Of a stretch of DNA of 27,024 bases, positions 1 through 8,087 are shown in pieces. The DNA is from Candidatus Micrarchaeia archaeon (GTDB taxonomy: Archaea; Micrarchaeota; Micrarchaeia; Anstonellales; J096). Numbering within the stretch: position 1 is the first letter of the stretch; the number at the start of each line of letters is the position of its first letter. A program made the position numbers and the translations under genes. The notes beneath the pieces are model-generated. The model was not told the DNA's origin. It worked only from the letters and a program-made list of their open reading frames with translations, and made no database searches. Location of the stretch: NCBI GenBank assembly GCA_041500405.1, contig JBGQMB010000013.1, forward strand, positions 1-27,024, written 5' to 3'.

Positions 1-178
1 AATGATACTGCTTTAGGTCATATAAAGTAATTATACCAACTGCTTTGTCATTTTCAACTATAGGAATAGATCCAATCTTCTTTCTATTCATTAACCGAAA
101 AGCGTCATTTAAAGTGTCAGATGGACTTAAAGTCACTACATTCTTTATCATCACGTCTGAAACTTTTATTTTTCTCAT
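1..178 (-). CDS. CBS-domain protein, N-terminal part (runs off the left edge; not in the ORF track)
   Basis: Manual translation from ATG at 178: MRKIKVSDVMIKNVVTLSPSDTLNDAFRLMNRKKIGSIPIVENDKAVGIITLYDLKQYH. This fits the CBS pattern (V.DVM..V.T...T...A..LM....IG.IP.V.....VGIIT..D). Starts 15 nt after the sufC stop; AT-rich. Confidence 0.88.
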   Translation of the reverse strand, partial: MRKIKVSDVMIKNVVTLSPSDTLNDAFRLMNRKKIGSIPIVENDKAVGIITLYDLKQYH

Positions 179-193
179 AATACTCAACTTTGT

Positions 194-883
194 TCAAAAT
201 CCCTCGTATCCTTCCTTTCCTATCTTCTTCAGCAGTTCTTTTCCGCCCTCAGCCGCAATCTTTCCGTGTTTGAGCACAATAACGCTGTCCGGTTTTATTC
301 TCTCAACTGTCGCCGGTATGTGGGAAATGAAAATGACTGTCTCGGCCCCGCTTTCCTTGATCGCCTTCATTATCCTTTCAAGCGAGTCAACGTCAACCCC
401 TGCGTCAACCTCATCCGCTATTATCACGCGCGGCTTAAGCAAAAGCATCTGCACAATCTCCGCCTTCTTCAATTCCCCGCCGGACCAGGTCCTGTCAATC
501 GGCTTGTTGATATAATCAATCTTCAGGCCGGCCTTCTCAGCCGCGTTCTCCAGCAGGTCCATGGTTTCCATCAGCGTCTTGTCCCTGAAAACGGCCTTTG
601 CTATGTCCAAAAGGCTTATGCCAGGAAGGTGGGGCGTGTGCTGGAACAGCATGAAAATCCCCTGCCGCGCCCGTTCGTCTATCTTCAGCCCGTCAATCTT
701 CCTCTCATCAAGCGAAACGCTGCCCGAATATTTCACAATGCCCATTATCGCCTTTGCAAGCGTCGATTTTCCGGAGCCGTTCGGCCCCATGACCGCGCAA
801 ATGCCCTTCCCGAATGAAACATTGACATTGTCCAGTATTGCTTTTCCGCTGGAGGACGCGCTAATCTTATCCAGCTTCAGCAT
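194..883 (-). CDS. sufC: Fe-S cluster assembly ABC ATPase SufC (SmsC-like)
   Basis: Walker A GPNGSGKST, FQHTPHLPG Q-loop, WSGGELKKAEI signature, DEVDAGVDVDSL (SufC-type DExDxGxDxD) and ISH H-loop. True start is probably ATG at 883, overlapping the regulator stop (TGATG), not 1030. sufB is adjacent. Confidence 0.9.
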   Translation of the reverse strand: MLKLDKISASSSGKAILDNVNVSFGKGICAVMGPNGSGKSTLAKAIMGIVKYSGSVSLDERKIDGLKIDERARQGIFMLFQHTPHLPGISLLDIAKAVFRDKTLMETMDLLENAAEKAGLKIDYINKPIDRTWSGGELKKAEIVQMLLLKPRVIIADEVDAGVDVDSLERIMKAIKESGAETVIFISHIPATVERIKPDSVIVLKHGKIAAEGGKELLKKIGKEGYEGF

Positions 884-1284
884 CAAAGCACCCTTGAGAC
901 CTTTACGGCAAGGCAGTCCAAGCCGTTCTTTTTCAGGTTGTTCATGACCTTTTCCTTCACATCCTCGCCAACAAACGCGTAGAACATAGTCCTTTCGAAG
1001 TTGTTTGCCCTGAACACCGCTATGTCGCATTCCGCCAGCACCCTTTGTATTGAAGAAGCGCTGGCAGAAGGCACATTCACAAGTATCATATAGTCCTCCT
1101 TTCCGATGGACTGGAAATCGACATCCGCCCTGTATCCGCGTATTATGCCGTTCTTTTCCAGCCTTTCCATCCTCTTTTTCGTTGCGGTGTTGCTTATGCC
1201 GAGCTTTTTCGCCATCTCTATCATCGGAGTCCTTGCGTTCTTTGCCAGCATGGCCAGAATCATGTTGTCTTTTTTGTCAAGCAT
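883..1284 (-). CDS. Lrp/AsnC-family transcriptional regulator
   Basis: MLDKKDNMILAMLAKNARTPMIEMAKKLGISNTATKKRMERLEKNGIIRGYRADVD is a typical Lrp/AsnC HTH, followed by a short RAM-like domain. ATG at 1284 preferred over TTG at 1290. Confidence 0.9.
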   Translation of the reverse strand: MLDKKDNMILAMLAKNARTPMIEMAKKLGISNTATKKRMERLEKNGIIRGYRADVDFQSIGKEDYMILVNVPSASASSIQRVLAECDIAVFRANNFERTMFYAFVGEDVKEKVMNNLKKNGLDCLAVKVSRVL

Positions 1285-1301
1285 GTTCAACTTTTGAACA
1301 T
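1283..1301. promoter_or_regulatory. Perfect inverted repeat ATGTTCAA-ctt-TTGAACAT, candidate operator of the Lrp/AsnC regulator
   Basis: 8-bp arms with a 3-nt spacer, overlapping the regulator start codon and lying next to the shared TATA box. Confidence 0.65.
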
Positions 1302-1304
1302 TAG

Positions 1305-1321
1305 GGTTTAAATATTTAACC
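1305..1321. promoter_or_regulatory. Bidirectional archaeal TATA element GGTTTAAATATTTAACC
   Basis: Near-palindromic. TTTAAATA ends about 23 nt before the sufB ATG, and the opposite-strand TTTAAA ends about 22 nt before the regulator ATG. Both spacings fit leaderless transcripts. Confidence 0.7.
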
Positions 1322-1337
1322 CACCAAAAAAACCATA

Positions 1338-2570
1338 ATGGAAAGCAGAATAGAGCGCAAAAGCAGGTCCAACAAAGAGCCAGGCTGGCTGACGGACCTT
1401 AGGCTAAAGGCATTCAAATATTACAAGAAGATAGGCGGAGCGCCATTTAAGCAAACATCCGCGCCAAAAGCCAGCAGGGAGGAAACAAAGCAGTTGCTTG
1501 AAAAGATGGGCGTAAGGGAGAGCGAAAAGGACTACATGCTCGGAATCTCGCAAATAAACGACAAGGTGTACATGAATCCTGTCCCAGAGGGCTTCGGAAA
1601 GGGAATAATAGTCAAGCCATTGCTGGACGCGGTCAGGGAAAACGGGGATTTGGTGAAAAAGCACCTGTCAAAGATAGTTGATTACCGGGAAAATGCCTAT
1701 GCAGCGTACAATACTGCTTTCTGGGACGGCGGCGTATTTGTCTATGTCCCAAAAGGCGTGAAAATCCCGTTCCAGATAAACGTTGTTTTCATAATAGACA
1801 AGGCCGGATTCTCCCAGGTGCCAAGGGCGTTGATAATCTGCGATGACAACGCGGATGTGAAGTTCATGGAGGGGTGCGTTGCGCCAATCTACAGGGAATA
1901 TTCCGACCACAAGAGCATAACCGAAATCGTAGTTGGAAAAAACTCAAGGATGGAAGTGGCAAGCATGCAGAACTGGAGCCCCAATGTCGCGACAAAGGGC
2001 TTCAAAAGGGCAGTGCTGAAGCAGGGCGCGCACATAACGTGGATGGATGGCAGCTTCGGCGGAAGCTCCAACCACAAGACGCTTTCGATAGTGATGGAGG
2101 AAAAGTCAAAAGCCGAGCTTTCGACGTTCATAACTGCCACAAAGGGCCAGTCAACAAGGGTCATGGACCAGATAACGATGAAAGGCAAGGGATGCAGCGC
2201 AAAGGTCTCAAGCAGGTCCATCGCAGGAAACGGCGGAAGGACGGACTACTCAAGCATAACGCAGATTGACGGAAAGGGATGCTCCATTTTCGGCGAATGC
2301 GAGGCCATGCTTTTGGACGAAAAAAGCTCTTCGGCCAGCAGCCCAAGGACAATCGACAGCTCAAAAGATTCATGGTCAAGCCACGAATCCTCAACATTCG
2401 TTTTCAGCCAGGATGCGATTGAATACCTTATGGCAAGGGGCCTGGCGCAGGAGGAGGCAAAGGCCAGCATGGTCATCGGCTTCGCAAAGCCGTTCACGCT
2501 GTCCCTGCCTGTTGAATATCGGAGGGAGCTGGAAAGGCTTATCGGCATAAAGGCAAGGGGCGGGGCATGA
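1338..2570 (+). CDS. sufB: Fe-S cluster assembly scaffold SufB (SmsB-like)
   Basis: EPGWLTDLRLKAF N-terminus, AAYNTAFWDGGVFVYVPKGVK, EGCVAP, QNWS, WMDGSFG, ECEAMLLD (conserved Cys), SHE, YLMARG and LPVEY..EL.RLI C-terminal helices. Confidence 0.92.
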   Translation: MESRIERKSRSNKEPGWLTDLRLKAFKYYKKIGGAPFKQTSAPKASREETKQLLEKMGVRESEKDYMLGISQINDKVYMNPVPEGFGKGIIVKPLLDAVRENGDLVKKHLSKIVDYRENAYAAYNTAFWDGGVFVYVPKGVKIPFQINVVFIIDKAGFSQVPRALIICDDNADVKFMEGCVAPIYREYSDHKSITEIVVGKNSRMEVASMQNWSPNVATKGFKRAVLKQGAHITWMDGSFGGSSNHKTLSIVMEEKSKAELSTFITATKGQSTRVMDQITMKGKGCSAKVSSRSIAGNGGRTDYSSITQIDGKGCSIFGECEAMLLDEKSSSASSPRTIDSSKDSWSSHESSTFVFSQDAIEYLMARGLAQEEAKASMVIGFAKPFTLSLPVEYRRELERLIGIKARGGA

Positions 2571-3043
2571 TGGAGATAAGAAGAACTGTCTCGTCAAGAA
2601 AAAGCGAAACAATAGAGCTTCCGGAAGGCGACGTTGACATTGTTTTTGAAATCCTTGATTGCGGCGAGCTTGACATGACAATCAGGTCAAGGAACAAAAA
2701 GCCGCAGCAGGTAAACTTAAGCGTAATCCACAGGGGAAAGGGCGTATCCGCCATCAGGCTAAATTCCATAATAAAGTCATCGCTAAGGCTGGACGCAAAG
2801 CTCGTGATGGAAAAGGATTCTGCAGGAAGCGTCGGAAAGGTCTCAATGAACGGCATAAAGATCGGCAAGGATGCAAAGGCCGATTTCAGCCCGAAGCTGG
2901 TGCTGCTGAACGGCGACGTTGACGTTTCGCACAAGTCGTCAATCCAGGAAATCCCGGAACAGGCAGTCAGCTACCTTATGGGCCGCGGCATCGCAAAAAA
3001 AACGGCGCAATCCCTTTTCTGCGAAAGGTTCCTTTCGCAATAA
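2567..3043 (+). CDS. sufD: Miniature SufD-like protein (C-terminal part of the SufB/D fold only, 158 aa)
   Basis: KADFSPKLVLLNGDVDVSH..SI....EQAVSYLMGRGIAKKTAQSLF matches the SufD C-terminus, including the His ligand position. ATGA overlap with sufB. Confidence 0.72.
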   Translation: MMEIRRTVSSRKSETIELPEGDVDIVFEILDCGELDMTIRSRNKKPQQVNLSVIHRGKGVSAIRLNSIIKSSLRLDAKLVMEKDSAGSVGKVSMNGIKIGKDAKADFSPKLVLLNGDVDVSHKSSIQEIPEQAVSYLMGRGIAKKTAQSLFCERFLSQ

Positions 3044-3577
3044 TCACTCAATATTCATCTTTGAAAAGAAGTCGTCCTCAATGGACTTTTTTATTATGCC
3101 AAGCTCCTCGTTGCTGAACCTATCCATGCTTTTCCATATCCGTTCCGTGCCATCGCAGCCCCTGTCAATGTACCCAAGCAGGTCGCTGCGGAGCCTGTCT
3201 TTGTCAAGGTCCCCTTTCACAAGCGCAAACACCGCGCGGACGGCATGCGAGAAGAACCGCTCCACCTGCCCGTGCCGGGGGCGCTTCAGCGCGGATGACG
3301 CCGTTATAGAATGAAGGACCTTATTCATCATTATCCTGTCCGTGTGCGTGCATTCCTTTCCCTCATCATCGAGCTTGATGTAGATCTGCATGCATATCCT
3401 GCCAAAAGCCAGCCTGTCCAGGTCGCGTATTGCTTCACATTTCAGGCTGTGGCTGTTAAACACTGTGCTGCACCTGGCGGAGCTGACCTCGCCAAAGCCG
3501 TCTATCTTCCTGAATGCGGATGCAACCTTTTCCCTGGCTCTTTTTTCAAATGCCAGAAGGGACGCATTCACAACCAT
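3044..3577 (-). CDS. Hypothetical protein (177 aa, no recognised family)
   Basis: ATG-started ORF filling the gap between nusA and sufD. Has its own TATA (TTTTAAAT, 3605-3598) at leaderless spacing. Its stop abuts the sufD stop. Confidence 0.7.
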   Translation of the reverse strand: MVVNASLLAFEKRAREKVASAFRKIDGFGEVSSARCSTVFNSHSLKCEAIRDLDRLAFGRICMQIYIKLDDEGKECTHTDRIMMNKVLHSITASSALKRPRHGQVERFFSHAVRAVFALVKGDLDKDRLRSDLLGYIDRGCDGTERIWKSMDRFSNEELGIIKKSIEDDFFSKMNIE

Positions 3578-3617
3578 GTTTGACTATGAAAAGAAACATT
3601 TAAAACTTGATGCGCGC

Positions 3618-4052
3618 TCACATCGGCGGCGGCAACCTTGTCTTAAGGAAAAGCGAAATGTTGAACTTGCGCTTCATCAGCTCCCTGGCCCCGTCGAGCC
3701 TGGCCTTGTTCTTTCCAAGGGCCTTGCTCTTGTCTTTCTCATCAATAATGATGTAAAGGACAATCTCGCCCATGATGTTCTCGTCCGTTGTCTCCAGGAT
3801 GCGCACGTTGTTGAACAGGTTTTTCAGGAAAGCCTCCGGGTCGTCGGAATCGGCCACGACGTAAACGTTCCTGTCAACCTTGGCCTTGAAGCTCTCGATC
3901 TTCTTTCCGTGGTTCGCCAGCACAAGGCCTATCCTGTCGGACGGAACAACGAAAAAAAGCGCGCCCTTTGTCTCTATCATCTGCAGGGGCATGACGCCGG
4001 TCATTGATTCGAACACATTGAAGTATTCAAGCACTTCGGGATTCAGTTCCAT
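3618..4052 (-). CDS. nusA: Archaeal NusA (two KH domains), divergent
   Basis: 144 aa, FESMTG motif, SDDPEAFLKNLF and KSKALGKN. Canonical position after rpl30e in the RNAP operon. Confidence 0.88.
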   Translation of the reverse strand: MELNPEVLEYFNVFESMTGVMPLQMIETKGALFFVVPSDRIGLVLANHGKKIESFKAKVDRNVYVVADSDDPEAFLKNLFNNVRILETTDENIMGEIVLYIIIDEKDKSKALGKNKARLDGARELMKRKFNISLFLKTRLPPPM

Positions 4053-4058
4053 ACCGCA

Positions 4059-4517
4059 TTATCCCTTAGTTAGCTTTTCCAGCCTGTCCTTGCTCGTCTC
4101 GCCGAATTCGTATATCGCGATGACTGAAACGGGGTAAGGCTTTCCGCAAAGCTTGCCGAGTTCCATTGACGTGCCTGCAAAAGGCAGCTGCGCCAAGGAC
4201 TTCTCCATTGAAGAGTAGTATTTTATGTTTTCAACAGTTTCGCGCGGTATGTTTGCCGCGTATATTATTCCCTTCGCCTTTCCCAGAAGCACGGATGAGA
4301 TTCCCTTGCGGGTCCCGAACCCTATCTTTCCGCTGTCTATCAGAAGCCTGATTTCCTTCTCAAGCGGGCTTATCTTCTCCTTTTTCTCCCTTTTCCTGAC
4401 TGCGGCTTTCCTGGTTTTCTTCCTGGGCTCCTCTGCCTGTTCGACGGCCTCCTCTTCCTTCTTCTCTTTCTCCTCGAGGTCGGCTTTCTTTTCCTCAACT
4501 TCCTTATCAGATGCCAT
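4059..4517 (-). CDS. rpl30e: 50S ribosomal protein L30e with charged N-terminal extension
   Basis: Core IRLLIDSGKIGFGTRK...GKAKGIIYAANIP...FAGTSMELGKLCGKPYPVSVIAI; located between rpo1C and nusA. Start could be 4517, 4523 or 4526. Confidence 0.92.
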   Translation of the reverse strand: MASDKEVEEKKADLEEKEKKEEEAVEQAEEPRKKTRKAAVRKREKKEKISPLEKEIRLLIDSGKIGFGTRKGISSVLLGKAKGIIYAANIPRETVENIKYYSSMEKSLAQLPFAGTSMELGKLCGKPYPVSVIAIYEFGETSKDRLEKLTKG

Positions 4518-4560
4518 AATCATCACTTTGACAGTCTTTTAGTCTCTCCGCATACTGTTT

Positions 4561-5592
4561 TTATTTGTTTCCCTTGGAGAACTTGAACTCCAGCACGATA
4601 TTTCCGGTGCCAAGCGGCACGGTTTTGCCGGCGATTATGTTTTCGGTCACTCCCTTCAGCGAGTCTATGTTCCCCTTTGACGCCGCCTCGGTGAGGTGCC
4701 TTATGGTCTCCTCGAACGCGGCCTTTGCAAGGACGCTCTCCTTTCCGCCCGCAAGCCCGCGCCTTCCGACGTTTATCACCTTGCCCTCGCTGGACATCGC
4801 GTCCGCAAGAAGCATGATGTGCCTTATGTCGACATAAAGGCCCTGCATGTCAAGCACCTGCTTGAGCTCCTTTATGACCGCGTTGCGCGCGGCCTCCACG
4901 CCGTAAATCCTTTCCACTTCCTTTATGTTGTTGGTGTAGATGTGGTCCGGGTCAACGCCCTCTATGTCAAGCACGCCCTCTATGTTGTCTCCCTTTGCCC
5001 TGACGAAATATCCGCCCTTGTCCTCCACGACGACCGCCATGGTTATTCCGTCAACGCCCTTCACTATGCCGTCCCTCAGCCTGTCAAGCATCTTCCTTGC
5101 GGTCTTGAGCGGCTTCTTGGCATCCTTGCCCTCGAACTTTATCATGATTATGTTTCCCTTTGTCCTTATCTTCCTCTTGCTTATGGCCTTCAGCAGGTCG
5201 TCCATCTTCAATCCGAAGTTTTTCGCGGCGTTCTCGTTGAACCTGAGCAGTATCCTCTTGTTCTCAAGGTCCTCCCTTATGTCCGCCACATCCGAAACAG
5301 TGACCATGTCTATCTTGTATGCAAGCTCCTCCGCCTTTTTCCTGTCCTTCCTGAGCTCCGGCTTCAGGTATATGTCTATGATGGGCTTTTTCGGCCTTTT
5401 TCTGAGGTCGACCAGCTCTATCATCCTCGGAAGCCCGGTAGGCACCTGCTCAGCGACGCCCGCGTAGTGGAACGCCCTCATGGTCATCTGCGTTCCCGGC
5501 TCGCCAAGGCTCTGCGCAGCCACTATGCCGACCGGCTCGCCGGCGTTTATCATGTACTTCTTTTTCGGATGCGTTATTGCTGCTGTCGTCAT
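4561..5592 (-). CDS. rpo1C: DNA-directed RNA polymerase subunit A'' (Rpo1C)
   Basis: [29 protein letters not shown] trigger-loop region, [39 protein letters not shown]...LGTG. GAGGAG RBS precedes the ATG at 5592. Confidence 0.96.
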   Translation of the reverse strand: MTTAAITHPKKKYMINAGEPVGIVAAQSLGEPGTQMTMRAFHYAGVAEQVPTGLPRMIELVDLRKRPKKPIIDIYLKPELRKDRKKAEELAYKIDMVTVSDVADIREDLENKRILLRFNENAAKNFGLKMDDLLKAISKRKIRTKGNIIMIKFEGKDAKKPLKTARKMLDRLRDGIVKGVDGITMAVVVEDKGGYFVRAKGDNIEGVLDIEGVDPDHIYTNNIKEVERIYGVEAARNAVIKELKQVLDMQGLYVDIRHIMLLADAMSSEGKVINVGRRGLAGGKESVLAKAAFEETIRHLTEAASKGNIDSLKGVTENIIAGKTVPLGTGNIVLEFKFSKGNK

Positions 5593-5602
5593 TGCAATCT
5601 CC

Positions 5603-8086
5603 TCACTTGGACGCGGTGTCGACATCGTCCTCCGATATCGAGTCTATGAAGGCCGTGTTCGTCGAGAACATCGGGTCCTTTGCGTCTCCGCCGTATATGA
5701 ACTGAACGATCCTGCCGCTCGTGTCCCTTACCGTAAAGTCCCTTGCCACGGAAAGGTCCTGCAATGCGTGGATAAGCCTCCTTTGCATGTATCCGGAACG
5801 GGCTGTCCTGATGGACTTGTTGACTATGGATTCCCTTCCGCCTATTGCGTGGTGGAAGAACTCGTCTATGTCAAGCCCGCTTATGAATGAGGAGTATACG
5901 AATCCCCGTTCCCTTCCGCCGAGCACGCCCGGCTTGAAGAACGGCAGCACCCTTCCCGCATAGCCCCTCCTGGGCCTCTTGTTCCTGACTGCCTGCTGCC
6001 CGACCACGGAGCCCATCTGTATGACGTTCAGCAAGGATCCCCTTGCCCCAATCAGCGCCATGATGATGGACGGGTTGGCCTTTCCGAGCGCGTTCATGAT
6101 TATTTCCCCCGTGGAGTCCCTGGCCCTTGACGTAAGGTCCATGATCATGGCCTCAAGCGTCTCCTTCATGCTCATTCCGGGCGACCTTTCAAGTGTCTTA
6201 TGGTTGTATTTCTCGACAAACGAGTCTATCTGCCTGTTGAGGTTGTTGAGTATCTTGTCCCTTTCTTCGCTGGATTTTGTGTCAAGCTCGTACTGCTTCA
6301 GCGACACGCTCAAGCCGTACATCAGCAGGTATTCCAGGCCCATCCTTGTGGCGGAGTCCAGGAAATTTCTTGCGGCTTCCGGCCCGTCCCTCAGGAATAT
6401 CTTTTCCAGTATCTCGCCGCTCACGCCCTTGCTTTCAATGGCCCCCTTGAGCAGCTTGCCGTCCTTTATCACGACATCCTCGCCCAGCTTGGACTTGAAT
6501 GTCGCGTTTATGTCCTCTGGAATCAGCATCGAGAACAGCGCCTTTCCGGAATACATGGTCTTGTCGACGTCCGGCTTTGGCAGCTTCCTTATCCCGGCCT
6601 TCATCAAAAGGTTGGACGCCTCCTCCTTGTTGAATATCGCATCGTCCCTTGTGAGGAAATAGATGCCTGACACGTTGTCCTGCTGCGGCTTTATTATTGC
6701 GTGGCCGTGCCTTGGCGACAGTATTTGTTTATCGACTCTCATCAGCTCGTATGCCTCCGCCTGCGACTCCTCCGTTTGGAGCGCATGGAGGTTCATCTCG
6801 TCCCCGTCGAAGTCCGCGTTGTACGGCGGGCAAACAAGCGGGTTTATCCTGAATGTCTTTCCCGGGAGCACCTTGACCATGTGCGCCATCATCGAGACCC
6901 TGTGGAGCGAGGGCTGCCTGTTGAACAGCACGATGTCCCTGTCTATCATCTGCCTTTCAACAATCCATCCGACTCCGAGCGTCTCAATGACCCTGTCCCT
7001 TGATGCGTCGGTCACCTTTACCCTTATGCCGTCCTTCCTTATGACGTACTTTGCCATCGGGTATTCCTTCGCCTTCACCAGCTCCTTCAGGTACTCAATG
7101 TTCCACTCAGTGACCGGTATGGGTATCGTAAGCTCCTCCGCAATCGGCATCGGAACCCCGACCTCATTCAGGCTTATGTACGGGTCCGGCGATATTATGG
7201 TCCTTGCCGAGAAGTTCACCCTCTTTCCGCTCAGGTTGTACCTGAAACGGCCCTCCTTTCCCTTGAGCCTTTGCGCAATGGTCTTCAGGGGCCTTCCGCT
7301 CCTGTGCCTTGCCGGCGGTATTCCCGCAGTCTCGTTGTCGAAATATGTTATCACGTGGTATTGGAGCAGTTTCCACAGGTCCTCTATTATCAGCTGCGGC
7401 GCGCCTGCGTTTATGTTCGCCTCAAGCTTCTGGTTCACCCTTATGATCTCAACAAGCTTGTGCGTCAGGTCGTCCTCGCTCTTGTCCCCGCTTTCAAGCG
7501 TTATCGACGGCCTTATCTTCACAGGGGGAACAAGCAATACTGAAAGGACCATCCATTCCGGCCTTGCGGCATCGGGGTTGTATCCTATTTTCTTCAGCTC
7601 CGCGCCCTTTATTGCGGAAAGCCACTCCTTTATCTCCGTTGGAAGCATTTCCTTTGTGTCAAGGTAAAGCGAGACCGGCCTTATGAATTTCAGCTCCGGA
7701 AGGTCCGCCTTGCAGTGCGGGCACTTCTTCGGCCTCTTGCCCTCCTTTGTGAGCACCATGCCGTAGCACTTGCCGCACGTCGCGCTGAGCACCTTGTAGA
7801 CGTTCTTTGCGAAAAGCGGGTGCACGACGGGCCTGAAAAGGTCTATGTGCCCGAAATGGCCCGGGCATTCCCTTGAGGTCGCGCCGCAGGTCTTGCACCT
7901 GAGGCCAGGGTCGATTACCCCGAGATGCTGGTCCATAAGCCCCTCGTCAAGCGGATATCCGTCGTCGTCATATGTGTCCGGGACCGTTATCCTCGTGTGC
8001 CCTATGCTTTTTATATTCTCCGGGGAATACACCGCGAACTGGACCTTCTTTATCTCGTCCTCGACCGGGTTATAGTGAAGCACCAT
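5603..8086 (-). CDS. rpo1N: DNA-directed RNA polymerase subunit A' (Rpo1N)
   Basis: Catalytic [13 protein letters not shown], zinc ribbon [41 protein letters not shown] and [17 protein letters not shown] precedes the ATG at 8086. Confidence 0.97.
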   Translation of the reverse strand: MVLHYNPVEDEIKKVQFAVYSPENIKSIGHTRITVPDTYDDDGYPLDEGLMDQHLGVIDPGLRCKTCGATSRECPGHFGHIDLFRPVVHPLFAKNVYKVLSATCGKCYGMVLTKEGKRPKKCPHCKADLPELKFIRPVSLYLDTKEMLPTEIKEWLSAIKGAELKKIGYNPDAARPEWMVLSVLLVPPVKIRPSITLESGDKSEDDLTHKLVEIIRVNQKLEANINAGAPQLIIEDLWKLLQYHVITYFDNETAGIPPARHRSGRPLKTIAQRLKGKEGRFRYNLSGKRVNFSARTIISPDPYISLNEVGVPMPIAEELTIPIPVTEWNIEYLKELVKAKEYPMAKYVIRKDGIRVKVTDASRDRVIETLGVGWIVERQMIDRDIVLFNRQPSLHRVSMMAHMVKVLPGKTFRINPLVCPPYNADFDGDEMNLHALQTEESQAEAYELMRVDKQILSPRHGHAIIKPQQDNVSGIYFLTRDDAIFNKEEASNLLMKAGIRKLPKPDVDKTMYSGKALFSMLIPEDINATFKSKLGEDVVIKDGKLLKGAIESKGVSGEILEKIFLRDGPEAARNFLDSATRMGLEYLLMYGLSVSLKQYELDTKSSEERDKILNNLNRQIDSFVEKYNHKTLERSPGMSMKETLEAMIMDLTSRARDSTGEIIMNALGKANPSIIMALIGARGSLLNVIQMGSVVGQQAVRNKRPRRGYAGRVLPFFKPGVLGGRERGFVYSSFISGLDIDEFFHHAIGGRESIVNKSIRTARSGYMQRRLIHALQDLSVARDFTVRDTSGRIVQFIYGGDAKDPMFSTNTAFIDSISEDDVDTASK

Positions 8087-8087
8087 T

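Noticed and set aside
181..200. Second copy of the suf operator (TCAACTTT / TGTTCAA), and a TTGAACA half-site near 21136-21142
   Set aside because: Only partial or half-site matches without dyad symmetry; expected by chance.
884..1030. ORF-track N-terminal extension of SufC (and likewise of the ABC ATPase, 19565-19723)
   Set aside because: The extensions overlap upstream genes; stop/start overlaps at 883 and 19564 give better starts.
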